A stretch of DNA of 64,000 nucleotides from positions 11,589 through 75,588 of the forward strand of contig CP180023.1 of assembly GCA_047528275.1 (NCBI GenBank), read 5' to 3'. Under the pieces are notes generated by a model. It saw nothing but the letters and a program-made list of their open reading frames with translations, had not been told where the DNA came from and ran no database searches. A program made the position numbers and the translations under genes. The DNA is from Flavobacteriales bacterium AspAUS03. Its GTDB lineage: Bacteria; Bacteroidota; Bacteroidia; Flavobacteriales; Blattabacteriaceae. Positions 51,469 to 62,611 of this stretch are shown piece by piece; position 1 is the first letter of the stretch; every line of letters starts with the position of its first letter.

Positions 51469-52848
51469 TTATCTTATACCATGCATTTTCCTCTCAATCC
51501 AAGCCGATAGCTTCAGGATAATGACTCCCAAAACTATAGAAAAAATAGCCATCATTGTGAAAATATTCTTGGGGCCCAATTGTTGGATATACGCAGCTAT
51601 ATATCCTCCTGCAATATTAGCTATGAAGGACGAAAGAAACCAAATACCCATCATGAGTGAAGCCAGCTTGACAGGAGAAAGCTTAGTAACAGCAGATAAC
51701 CCAACCGGTGACAAACAAAGTTCACCCAAAGTATGAAAGAAATAAGTGAAAACGATCCACATCACACTGGCTTTGATACTTGAATCTTCTATATTGCCTC
51801 CTCTTTCAAAAACAGCACCTAGCATAAATAAAAAGCCGAGGCCTAATAAGATCATAGACAACCCCATCTTGGCGGGGGTAGAAAAATTTTTCCCTAAAGC
51901 AGATTGCCAAAATACAGCAAAGACAGGGGCCAATAAGACAATAAAAAAAGCATTGATCGACTGAAACCATGCCGTAGGGATAACCCATATAGAATTGCTA
52001 AAAGCGATCTTCTTACTGATGAACTTATCCGTATAAAGTGATAGTGAAGACCCTGCTTGTTCAAAGCCTGCCCAAAAAAAAATAGAAATCATCACAAAGA
52101 TAAAAATCACCCATATACGATCTCTTTCCATTTTCGTCAAATGCGTCTTTTTCTCCATCTCTACATGAAGATCCTTCTTCCCTTTAATATTCACCTCCAC
52201 TTCACTAAGATACTGTTTAACAAGTACGTTATAGAATAATTGTCCAATAAGCATCCCGATCCCAGCGGTCAAAAAACCGTATTTATATCCATAGCTGAGG
52301 ATGTGTCCATTTTCCTCCTTAACAGAAAAAGTGTCTTCGGATATGTAGCCTACAATCAAAGGTGCTAAAAAAGCTCCTAAATTGATCCCCATATAAAAGA
52401 TAGAAAAAGCCGAATCTTTACGATCGTCATCTTGCTCATACAACTGCCCGACCAAAGTTGAGATATTCGGTTTAAAAAATCCGTTCCCTATGATCAGGAG
52501 TAATAGGCCCAGATAAAGCCCATTTTGGTTATTGATGGCAAAAAGAACAAACTGTCCAAGCATCATAGTAATCCCCCCCATAGTGATCGACTTGCGCTGA
52601 CCCAAGTAATTATCCGCCAACCATCCGCCAATGATCGGGGTGAAGTACACAAAACCGGTAAAAAAACCATAAATCAATGAAGCATCACGCGGAGAAATCC
52701 CCAGCCCACCTTCGACAACGGACTTACTCAAATACAGGATGAGGATGCCTCGCATCCCATAATAACTAAATCGTTCCCACATCTCCGTAAAGAAGAGTAA
52801 ATACAAACCCATGGGGTGTTTCTTTTGAACAGTAGGTTCTTGATGCAT
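51469..52848 (-). CDS. POT/PTR2-family proton-dependent oligopeptide transporter
   Basis: A 459-aa polytopic ORF with the signature FTEMWERFSYYGMRGIL. Confidence 0.9.
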   Translation of the reverse strand: MHQEPTVQKKHPMGLYLLFFTEMWERFSYYGMRGILILYLSKSVVEGGLGISPRDASLIYGFFTGFVYFTPIIGGWLADNYLGQRKSITMGGITMMLGQFVLFAINNQNGLYLGLLLLIIGNGFFKPNISTLVGQLYEQDDDRKDSAFSIFYMGINLGAFLAPLIVGYISEDTFSVKEENGHILSYGYKYGFLTAGIGMLIGQLFYNVLVKQYLSEVEVNIKGKKDLHVEMEKKTHLTKMERDRIWVIFIFVMISIFFWAGFEQAGSSLSLYTDKFISKKIAFSNSIWVIPTAWFQSINAFFIVLLAPVFAVFWQSALGKNFSTPAKMGLSMILLGLGFLFMLGAVFERGGNIEDSSIKASVMWIVFTYFFHTLGELCLSPVGLSAVTKLSPVKLASLMMGIWFLSSFIANIAGGYIAAYIQQLGPKNIFTMMAIFSIVLGVIILKLSAWIERKMHGIR

Positions 52849-53722
52849 TATAAGGGTTATTTTCTTATTTTCAGTAAATATGAAATATTTTTAATTACTA
52901 CTATGAATATATATTACTTATTTTAAATATCAATATGTAACACTCTAAACTATCACGATTCAATATTTCTCCAACGAACATCGTGTCATTTTATATAATT
53001 AGTGCGTAGGATTGACTGCACGAGTATGATTTCATCTTTGCTGAACTTCAGATATTCTTTCGAAGAAAATAGAGAGACCAAACACAATGGCCTAGAAGTA
53101 AAAAAAAGCATCTATGGTTCCTTTAGTAGTATGGTAAGATGAAACTAAAAAATACAACTTTCTCATCAGAAACATTCACTACATCATCCTACACACTGGT
53201 ATCACTATTGAACAAATCCATTAGACATCGATGACTAACATAAGATTTTAGACTTGCAAAGCCAAGATCAAGGCTATACCTTGAAAGATAAACACCAAGA
53301 GAAATGGAAAAAACTGTAAGGAGAGCACAACAGTGAAAAAGTCCTCAGCGTTGATAAATCATCTATCATGATAAGATCAAACCATTTAAAATACCCATAC
53401 ATATTTCCAAGTGAGACTTGGATATTGTTGGATTTCAACGAAATTTACTTCTGATAGATATACCGCGGCTTGATGATAGTGGTATTTTGAACCAGTATGA
53501 CTAATGTAGCCTCGATCTCTTGCATAAATTTAGATATTTCCTAGATTATCTTTTACCTCTTCGTTTAAGCTTAAATAGATTTTGACCTGTGTCAAAATCA
53601 TTCGGTTGAGTGAAGAAAAGATATAGGGAAATAAAATAATTAATTTTTTAATACTTTATTATGATGGTTTTATGTTTTACGATTGTAAAGATTCATTTTC
53701 AATAAGTTGGTATTTTATGAAG

Positions 53723-53796
53723 TGGAGACGATGGGAGTCGAACCCACGACCTCTACAATGCCATTGTAGCGCTCTAACCAACTGAGCTACGTCCCC
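53723..53796 (-). tRNA. tRNA-Ala (anticodon GGC)
   Basis: The reverse complement is GGGGACGTAGCTCAGTTGGTTAGAGCGCTACAATGGCATTGTAGAGGTCGTGGGTTCGACTCCCATCGTCTCCA. The G3:U70 identity pair is present. The anticodon loop ATGGCAT gives GGC. CCA is not encoded. Confidence 0.9.
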
Positions 53797-53825
53797 TTTT
53801 AGGGGTAAATGTAGTACATTTCTAC

Positions 53826-54767
53826 TTACGAAGGATTTTGATATAAGGTAAGAATTTTCTCTACAATACATTGAGCTAGCCTGTATTTAGATTCATATGT
53901 CCAACCGGCAATATGAGGGGTAAGGATCACTTTATCGGATTGTATGAGGTACTGAAAGGTTTCGGACAACCCATTGTGAAAAAGTGCTTCGAAAGAAGTT
54001 TTTTCGTATTCTAAAACATCGAGGCAAGCCCCTAATATTTTTCCAGATTTCAAAGCTATTACTAAATCGTCTGTCACCACACAACCACCACGGGAAGCAT
54101 TAATCAAATAAAAAGGCTTGCGAAAACTATCAATAAAACAAGAATCGACCATACCTCTGGCAGTTGAATACGGTACGTGTAGACTGACCATATCAGCTGT
54201 TTCGAATAGCATTTTTAAACTCACTTGCTGGGCATAATCATCACTTATTCCAGATAAGATGTCATAGCAAAAAACCTGTGTATCAAAACCAGACAACCTC
54301 CGTGCCAAGGCACGTCCAGTATGGCCATAGCCAATAATCCCTACAGCTTTACCCATCAATTCTACTCCTCGATTACCTTCCCTGATCCATTTTCCCTGAC
54401 GGACCTCTTTGTTAGCACGACAGATATGGTTCATCAAACACAAAAGTGACCCTATCACATGCTCAGCTACAGCATATCGATTGCCTTCAGGAGCATGCAA
54501 CAATGAGATACCTCGCTCTCGAGCATAGTCGACATCGATATTTTCTAGGCCTGATCCTACACGGGCGATGAATTTGAGATTTTGTGCCCGATCAACGAAA
54601 TCTCGATCGATTGTGAATCGGCTCCTCAAAATGATCCCTTCATAAGGCGCAATAATCGCTTCGATCGCTTCCTTCGGTGTTGTATGATCTTCATCACAGA
54701 TAAAACCTTCTTGTCTCAACTTCCATAGTATATACGGGTGGTTTTCATCTAACTGTAGTATTTTCAT
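53826..54767 (-). CDS. D-isomer-specific 2-hydroxyacid dehydrogenase (PGDH-like)
   Basis: The ORF runs to 54779. I prefer the start MKILQLDENHP (54767). The NAD fold motif is GIIGYGHTGRALA. Confidence 0.85.
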   Translation of the reverse strand: MKILQLDENHPYILWKLRQEGFICDEDHTTPKEAIEAIIAPYEGIILRSRFTIDRDFVDRAQNLKFIARVGSGLENIDVDYARERGISLLHAPEGNRYAVAEHVIGSLLCLMNHICRANKEVRQGKWIREGNRGVELMGKAVGIIGYGHTGRALARRLSGFDTQVFCYDILSGISDDYAQQVSLKMLFETADMVSLHVPYSTARGMVDSCFIDSFRKPFYLINASRGGCVVTDDLVIALKSGKILGACLDVLEYEKTSFEALFHNGLSETFQYLIQSDKVILTPHIAGWTYESKYRLAQCIVEKILTLYQNPS

Positions 54768-54869
54768 GAAAAAGGCCATTTATTAAAGAGTTTCAAGAGT
54801 AATTTCTATAACATTCATGACAAAAATAGTCCGAATAAACTTTATTACTTTTGTATAAAGCTTAAGAGA

Positions 54870-55295
54870 ATGAGACTACGAGAAGTAGAGCAAGAAGTTA
54901 TAAGGGAATTCGCTATGTTCGAAAACTGGGAGGAGCGATACGAACACTTAATAACTCTGGGGAAAGCATTGCCCAGGATAGCAGAAATAGACCGGACCGA
55001 AAACAAATTGATCAAAGGCTGTCAGTCTCAAGTTTGGTTGAATGCACATATGGAGAAAAACCGGATCTTCCTACAAGCTGATAGTGACGCCATCTTACCC
55101 CGAGGTATAGCTGCCTTGATGGCACGTGTGTATTCAGGCTGTTTACCTCATGAGATCACTTCATCAGAAGCAATATTCATTTCAGAGATTGGTTTGAAGG
55201 AATTCTTATCTCCTACCCGGTCCAACGGCATGGTAGCAATGCTCAAACAAATCAAATTTTATGCAATGGTCTTTGAGATGAAAGCTTCTGTGTGA
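54870..55295 (+). CDS. sufE: SufE-like cysteine desulfuration protein
   Basis: A 141-aa ORF with the conserved active-site region LIKGCQSQVWL. A TACTTTTG -7-like element lies at 54846-54853. Confidence 0.85.
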   Translation: MRLREVEQEVIREFAMFENWEERYEHLITLGKALPRIAEIDRTENKLIKGCQSQVWLNAHMEKNRIFLQADSDAILPRGIAALMARVYSGCLPHEITSSEAIFISEIGLKEFLSPTRSNGMVAMLKQIKFYAMVFEMKASV

Positions 55296-55347
55296 TCAGT
55301 ACTACACATGATTCTTCACCCGTCAATAACTAAAAAACGTAATCAAC

Positions 55348-56706
55348 ATGGAGACTTTTGATACCATTAACCCAGCAAATGGAGACACATTGAACACCTA
55401 CACCTATTTGACAGAGGTCGAATTATCAGTTAGACTCTCCCTATCGTCCTCGGCATACAAAGGGTGGAAATGCCGCTCCTTTCAAGATCGTGCTCAATGT
55501 ATCGCAGCTATTACAAAAAAAATGGGAGAAAACATCAAATCAGCAGCCCAGCTCATTACCCAAGAGATGGGGAAACCCATTGCACAAGCACGCGCAGAAA
55601 TCCATAAATGCATCGACTTGTGCCAATATTATTTAGGACTATCAGAAGCAATACTTGCCATCGAACACATCCCCATGGACAATTACTCTAAAAGCTATGT
55701 ACGGTTTGATCCCATTGGAGCCATTTTGGGTATCATGCCTTGGAACTTTCCATTTTGGCAAGTGTTCCGCTACAGTATACCCAACCTATTGATAGGCAAT
55801 ACTATTCTATTGAAACATGCACCCAATACCACCGCTTGTGGACTTTTTATAGAAAATCTTTTTATCGAAACAGGTCTTCCGGAAGGTATATTTCAGGCTT
55901 TACTGATCGATATACCTCAAGTAGAAACCGTCATCGCTCATGCAGCAGTACAAGGGATCACACTCACTGGAAGCAACAAGGCAGGGAGTATTGTGGCTTC
56001 CTTAGCTGGCAAATACATCAAAAAATCTACTTTAGAACTCGGCGGAAATGATGCTTTTATCGTCATGAAAGATGCCGACCTGAAAAACGCAACTCAAATC
56101 GCTGCAGCTGCCCGATTGAACAACACGGGGCAGACCTGCATATCTGCCAAAAGATTCGTCGTAGACCAGGCCATCGCGACCGAATTTATTGAGGCCGTAA
56201 TCGAAGAAATGAAAGCTTATTCAGGTGGAAATTTATATGACGAGCATACCAAACTTGGTTTCATTTCTCGTACTGATCTAGCCGAAAAATTGCTTCGTCA
56301 GTACTGTGATGCTGTGATCAACGGAGCAAAGGTCTGTCTACAGACTCAACGCGAAGGAAATTTCTTCTCCCCAGCCTTGTTGCAAGCTAAATCAAATAAT
56401 CCTATTCTAAAAGAAGAACTCTTCGGTCCAATAGGTCTAGTCTTGACCTTTTCCAGCGAATCTGAAATGCTTCGCCTAGTCAATGATACTCCTTATGGAT
56501 TGAGCGCCTCGATTTGGACACAAGATTTAGATAAGGCTGAAGTACTGACCAAAGAAATAGATACAGGTATGGTTTTCGTTAATGAGATGGTACGATCCTA
56601 TCCCTCTCTACCATTCGGCGGAGTAAAACAATCTGGCTACGGCAGAGAACTCTCTACAGGTGCTCTAAAGGAATTCTTAAACTGGAAAACGGTTGTTATA
56701 AAATAG
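55348..56706 (+). CDS. NAD(P)-dependent aldehyde dehydrogenase (succinate-semialdehyde dehydrogenase-like)
   Basis: A 452-aa ORF with LELGGNDAF, the catalytic Cys in NTGQTCISAKRF, and EELFGP. Confidence 0.9.
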   Translation: METFDTINPANGDTLNTYTYLTEVELSVRLSLSSSAYKGWKCRSFQDRAQCIAAITKKMGENIKSAAQLITQEMGKPIAQARAEIHKCIDLCQYYLGLSEAILAIEHIPMDNYSKSYVRFDPIGAILGIMPWNFPFWQVFRYSIPNLLIGNTILLKHAPNTTACGLFIENLFIETGLPEGIFQALLIDIPQVETVIAHAAVQGITLTGSNKAGSIVASLAGKYIKKSTLELGGNDAFIVMKDADLKNATQIAAAARLNNTGQTCISAKRFVVDQAIATEFIEAVIEEMKAYSGGNLYDEHTKLGFISRTDLAEKLLRQYCDAVINGAKVCLQTQREGNFFSPALLQAKSNNPILKEELFGPIGLVLTFSSESEMLRLVNDTPYGLSASIWTQDLDKAEVLTKEIDTGMVFVNEMVRSYPSLPFGGVKQSGYGRELSTGALKEFLNWKTVVIK

Positions 56707-56772
56707 ATAAATAATTAATTCTTATTTATTCATTTGATATCAAAATTGTATTGAAAATTAGATTTTAATCTG

Positions 56773-56791
56773 ATAAGAATTAAATTCTTAT
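56773..56791. repeat. 19-bp palindrome ATAAGAATT-A-AATTCTTAT, with a third copy of the arm at 56716-56725
   Basis: Seen directly, about 70 nt downstream of the aldehyde dehydrogenase stop. Confidence 0.5.
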
Positions 56792-59133
56792 AAGATAACT
56801 CGGTTCTATCCCCTATCGCAACAGGCTTACTCTTCAAAATCAGGAGCACTGGATAAGCTTCTGAATAGTCCTGAGTAGAAATAGTCGAAAGTTTTCCAAC
56901 CCGCTCATCTATAGATATTAATAAAATTTCATTTTTTTTTGTTTGGCCTGTTTCAAGATTTGTTCACGTAAATCTTGCTTGGTTTATTCACACTCTTTAT
57001 AATCAGTACGAGACACCGAGATATAAGAAATCCCTTACACTTTCAGAAAAATGATGAATTTACCCACCTCTTCAGAAGATCTTAACTTCAACTCATATCT
57101 CTTATCCAAATAGATATCCTTAGTAAAAAAAACTCTTGTGAAAACCACTAATTACATCAGTGATAGAGAGATTTTTGAGTTTTATCCCAAAGTCCTTTAA
57201 GACCTCCTTGAACCTGACTTAAATCTCATTCAAACTGTTGCGACCTTTCTCATCCTTCTCATTCAAAGTGATATCGAGATTAGATCTCATCGGAGATGAT
57301 TTTCGTTTCTTCCCTTCCATTGACCTCGATAAAAGCCTTTTCGCAAGACATCATCATTTTCTCCTGGGTCCAAGCCAAACCGATCAGTGAAAAAGTTACA
57401 AAAATAAAAAAAATCATAATTTTATTATTCAATACATAGAGCAAATGTATTCAAATACAATACAAAGAAGATAAAAAAAAACTTATTCTATAAGCGAAAA
57501 GGTAAAAAATATCCGGGCAAAAAAACAAGACTTATCCTGTATAAAAACCTACTATAAGTAGTACTTTTGATAAAATTTAACCGCTGTACAAAACTCCCAT
57601 TTGATTGTGAAAATCATCGATACAGGACAAGTCCAACTAGACGATACAGAGAAAAGATCTTAAATTTTGTTATGGAATATACCAGCTCTACTACGTTCGA
57701 ATTATTAAAAATAATAAACATTTCCAATGTAGCTATACATGAATGAATTAAAAATTGCGTTTCATTAGGTATCATAGAAAAACTAATCGCTATTATCAAC
57801 GTAAAACGATTGAATTTCAATACAGTAGTATTTATAGGTGTCTTCCTAGACAACCTATCACAATATAAAGTCCGTAGTCCAAGCGATTGAGAAGGTTCAC
57901 GAAGTATTATAATCCTAATTCAAAATAGGAAACTATAGACTCCTACTGAAAGTATTATGAAAATAGAAGGAACACCTAATTGGAATTTTGAATACTTACA
58001 TCCAAAGTATACCTGGGGTAGTACGAACAGAAACCCTCATATCCATCGAACTAAAACATCCAAAGATAGATGAAAATATAAGTTAATGGGCTAAAAATTT
58101 TACATAGACAGTACCTACCTAAAAACACCTGAGCAATCTGGGCTCTCATCACCAGAAACTTAGTAAAAAGTTGAAGAATTTATCCAAGAGGCCCTACGCG
58201 AAAGAGTCTTTACTATAATGATCCGTACAAATTATGGGCGAGCAGCCTAGAAAATTATCGATCTCGCTCATGGAAAAACCAGTGTATGCAGGATAATAGA
58301 TTTCCTAGAAAGCACGAAATCCTTAGATGAAAAACTATCCTAAACTCAACAGGTATTACACCAATAGTTCGAAGAACTGGATTTTGTGCTGAATTATGAA
58401 GCCTTCAAAAAGGGATTAAACTCAAAAGTCAGAGAAGAGCTTTTGGAAGAAACTCAAATCGTTACAAGTCAGGATGAAACCATCAAATGGATTATTGATA
58501 CTGCTTCCATAGATGATATCCAAATAACTATAGCTATATTAACGCAACTGATCGAAGAGATCATTTTGTTCCGTTTTGATATCTCAGTTGTATCACAGAT
58601 TTTCATCAAAACCTCTTCCGATTTCTACCCCACAATAGATGGTAAACCCAATGGTAGCACATAAGCTATCCAAATCATGCTTAAATACGAAGAACCTACC
58701 ATAAAGGATACTAGAGGTATTCATACTAAATTCTTCTCCAAGCAACAAATTATCTTTGAAGTAAGACGTATCAGCATTTTTTCAGCCAAAGACTTAATTA
58801 GTTAAAACCACGCTACAACTAGAAAAAAAATAATATATATTTGAGTTTTATTATATTTTTTTTTAAAAAAAACCTTTAATTACTGATTTATTTCTATAAA
58901 AATAATTTCTCAAGATTTAAATTATAATCAAATTAAAAATATTTTAGGGGGATCCTTTAAAGATGTTGTAATGTTTAGCCGATTTAGTGAGAGGTGGTAC
59001 TGTGATTTGGTAATCCGTGAATCGATATGTGAAAAAGTATCAAGAAGTGAAGTCAAACGTTGTAAGATCATCATTCAAAAGAAAAAGTCATAAAATCCAA
59101 TCATTCAACTCGTTACATCTTGTTTATCAGCCT

Positions 59134-59925
59134 CTATTTCAAAGAGGATGGAATCTTACAAACAGGTATTGGCCGAATTTTATGTTGGGCTGCACGGTGA
59201 AGCTTTAGATATTTTTCTATCAGCTCACGATGCCCACCATCAAACGCGTCAGGTGGACGGTTTTGCTCGGCCATCTCCATGGCCCATTCCAAATCTTTGT
59301 AAGAGGCCCCCAATTGGTCTTCATCCGAACGATTATCCTCCCATAGACCATCCGTAGGATTAGCCTGACGGATCAATGCAGAAATACCCAAAGTCTTGGC
59401 CAAGTGACGTACCTGGCTTTTGGTTAGATCAGCTATGGGACTAAGATCTACACCACCATCTCCATACTTAGTGAAAAAACCTACTCCAAAATCTTCGACC
59501 TTATTTCCCGTACCTGTGACCAAATAATCATAAAGTCCAGCATAATAGTAAAGGGTACTCATACGCAAACGAGACCGCATATTAGCCAAGGCTAAGGCAG
59601 TCTTTGGATCCTGTTTGTCGGCAACTTGTACACACTGAAAAAAAACATCAAATACGGGCGAAAGATCTACCCGCAATGCATCAACTTGAGAGAAATATGC
59701 TTTCAAAAACCCGATATGTTCTTGCGCACGGCTTACTTGCTCACTCTCTTGATGAATAGGTATTTCTAGTACCAGCGTCGGACGGCCTGTTTTCGCAACC
59801 AAGGTAGAAGTCACAGCAGAATCGATCCCGCCAGAAATACCTATAGTAAATCCATTCAACCCCGACTTTTCGAGATAATCATCGAGCCAATGCACAATAT
59901 GATCGATCACCTGTTTTGTCTTCAT
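59134..59925 (-). CDS. nadE: Ammonia-dependent NAD+ synthetase
   Basis: A 263-aa ORF with the PP-loop motif GISGGIDSAVTSTL. Confidence 0.93.
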   Translation of the reverse strand: MKTKQVIDHIVHWLDDYLEKSGLNGFTIGISGGIDSAVTSTLVAKTGRPTLVLEIPIHQESEQVSRAQEHIGFLKAYFSQVDALRVDLSPVFDVFFQCVQVADKQDPKTALALANMRSRLRMSTLYYYAGLYDYLVTGTGNKVEDFGVGFFTKYGDGGVDLSPIADLTKSQVRHLAKTLGISALIRQANPTDGLWEDNRSDEDQLGASYKDLEWAMEMAEQNRPPDAFDGGHRELIEKYLKLHRAAQHKIRPIPVCKIPSSLK

Positions 59926-60012
59926 CGTTTAAGGCGTAATTTTGTTCTTGAAATAAAATTGGTTATCAAAGATAATGAAACACTCTAGCCTGACAGGATT
60001 TTTAGTTTTCTT

Positions 60013-60825
60013 TTGGTATGGAGTACATTTTCCTATAAAAAAATCTCTTTGTCTCGATTTGGTATGGCTCCACTAGAAGGATTTATAGTTATTACAGACT
60101 TTACTCAGGATTTTTATTCGGCGATGAATCTGCCTAAGTTGAAGGAGAAGTATTCTTTTTTATTTGCTCCAGATATGCTAAATCCGATTTGGAGGATCAA
60201 AAAGATTGATCCTTTCGAATTGGAACTTTTTTTTATAAAATACAAACAATATTCTCTTGTAATAAATTCTTAAAAAAAGTTACCTCTATTATTTTAAATA
60301 ATAAATTTCTTATAAGGAATGTTTTCATTTCCAGTAACATATAATTATATATTAAAGGTATATTAAATTTATCACGTGTTTTATATAAAAAAATATCTTT
60401 TCATCGATTTGAACAATTTCCTAAGTTCCAGTCATAAGGCTTACGAGAGTATCCCTGAATCCATCCAGCGCAATATGGATCGGTCTCAATTGTTACCCAA
60501 CATATCTTGGGCTATAAATCAGAAGAAAGTCCCATACGATGAACAGGATCGTACTTTTTTGAATGCACTTATTCATCAAGAAAAAATTTTATTACTCACC
60601 GATACCCTGCTAATCAAAGATTCTGGTTCAGATAAAATTGATTATACCTATCAAAAGATTGACTGGTTCCGATCAAATGGGCCTGAATTATGGAAGCACT
60701 GGTTCGAAAATAGATTATTATTCAGTAAATATAACAAATTATACAACCGTTTTATTACACCTGGACCTTTCTCAAAATTTTATACCGAGATAGATCGTAA
60801 TCCACTCGGAAGGATAGGTATATGA
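60013..60825 (+). pseudogene. gldB: Gliding motility lipoprotein GldB, fragmented
   Basis: Two fragments lie in different frames (60013..60273 and 60376..60825). They sit immediately upstream of gldC, as in the Flavobacterium gldB-gldC operon. The first fragment reads ISLSRFGMAPLEGF...LPKLKEKYSFLFAPD. The lipoprotein signal is missing. The family call rests on memory and synteny. Confidence 0.55.
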
Positions 60826-60935
60826 ATAGGATGGCAAATCATAAGGGTCATACGGGGAAAACCATCCCGATTAAATATTGAAAGATATCTTGAAAGAAAC
60901 CAATTATAAAAAAATATTTACATAATCCTAAAAAA

Positions 60936-61280
60936 ATGATCAAAAAAAAGACCCACATTCAGATCCACGTAAAATTAGATGAAAATCATGTACCCGAGGA
61001 GATTTATTGGAGTGCAGAAGATGGCGGTATCTCGGATAAATCCTGCAAAGCACTTATGCTCTCTGTATGGGACAATACCAAAGAAGAGACCGCTCGTATG
61101 GACCTATGGACTAAAGAAATGCCAGTAGAGGATATGAAAAAGTTTTTTCACCAGATCCTTATCTCCATGGGGGATACCTATCATCGAGCTACCTCAGACG
61201 AATCCACTGCTAGAGAAATACGTAATTTCGGCCAGCGATTTGCAGAGAAAACTGAGCTGATCAAAAGTAAGATGTTATAA
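60936..61280 (+). CDS. gldC: Gliding motility-associated protein GldC
   Basis: A 114-aa ORF. IHVKLDENHVPEEIYWSAEDGG...KALMLSVWDNTKEETARMDLWTKEMPVEDMKKFFHQILISMGDTYHRAT matches remembered GldC sequences. Confidence 0.8.
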   Translation: MIKKKTHIQIHVKLDENHVPEEIYWSAEDGGISDKSCKALMLSVWDNTKEETARMDLWTKEMPVEDMKKFFHQILISMGDTYHRATSDESTAREIRNFGQRFAEKTELIKSKML

Positions 61281-61299
61281 GATTTTTAAACTTATCGAC

Positions 61300-62608
61300 T
61301 ACATATTTGATCCGTGACCTTATGAAAGGTGAAAAGGTTTTTACCCCTTTTTTCTTTCTTTTTATCTCTACCTGGTCTCATTAGAAAATGTGGGCTTTGC
61401 ACGAATGCCTTTCCTAAATCTGGTAACATCATATCGATATACTCTAATCCAAATTGAAAGAACAATCAACACATCAAGACATCCTACAAGCTATAGGAAA
61501 CTTTTTATAGAATCTGGTGCTCTCTTTAATCTATCAGCACAATACCACATCTAGTACCAATTACACCGTAAAATGTAAACAACCAGATTATTATACCATC
61601 ACATCATCTGTCGTCCTATTTGACGTTCTCAAAAACCTCAGGACATTAAGTTAGAAAAAATAAAACATACCAAAGATCAACAAACACCCGATAAGACAAA
61701 ACTAATGCTCGCATTGGCCATCATCGAAGCATTTGTCAATACCCCCCCCTACAGCAAAAACAGCTTACGCATTTCACAAGAACAACTCAACATCAGCAAA
61801 CAATTAGTCGATCAAGTGAAAAAAAATACAGACTTGGAGCCACTGCAGAAGCACAATGGGATTTGGAGGAAAAAAATCTAGCCTATGCTCAAAAAACAGT
61901 CTCTCGATAAACAAGATCAAGTTAGTCTTATTACTACAATTGAACGACATCAAAGACTTCGACATTTCAAAAAAAAACTTTGCTAGGGAAGTAGTGAACA
62001 TCATCCTCACAAATCCAAAAGAACTTACCAGAAAATCCTTCCCAAAAAGGCCTGAACTTGAAAATTACCAAATTCACATGGAAAAGCAGTAAAAAGAAAG
62101 TAGAGATCACATGAGGAAACTATTGGAACCAGATCTCGTTCCAAGATGGATTTGATTTAATCGAGCCTTATCTATCTAGAAAAAACTATTAGATCTATAT
62201 ATGGGACAATCATACCAATCGATTCCAAATTAATTTAAACTTTATCATTTTCAATCAACTGTCTAAAAATACAATCATAGAAAAGGACAAAATCGTACAA
62301 GAAACAGTTCTTTATAAAATTGAAAAAAAACAAAAACTCAATTGAGACAAACCATCTACGAAGCCTATACAGCAACTCAAGGCGCATACACCACTTATAA
62401 AGTAACCCCAAAAACAGAAGCATCTGCCAAAATCTCCTTTCAATATGCCAAAAAACGCTACAAAGAAGGAGTAGCAAGCGCCTATAACTATAAAAATATC
62501 AAAAATCAATGAACGTAAACCTAATACAAAGCCATACGGACCAAATACAAATACATACTCAAGACCAAGATCTTAAAATTTCATACTGAAAACCTCATGA
62601 ATCCATAA
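61300..62608 (+). pseudogene. TolC-family outer-membrane efflux protein, degraded
   Basis: Hand translation of the 3' part gives ...QLRQTIYEAYTATQGAYTTYKVTPKTEASAKISFQYAKKRYKEGVASAYNYKNIKNQ*T*T*YKAIRTKYKYILKTKILKFHTENLMNP*. This is the characteristic TolC C-terminal repeat ending (KYdyiFrxKILdFYxG). Only short ORFs survive. Confidence 0.55.
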
Positions 62609-62611
62609 AAA

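Noticed and set aside
53677-53871. A 64-aa ORF on the minus strand.
   Set aside because: It is read through the tRNA-Ala(GGC) gene and the 3' end of the dehydrogenase gene, so it is spurious.
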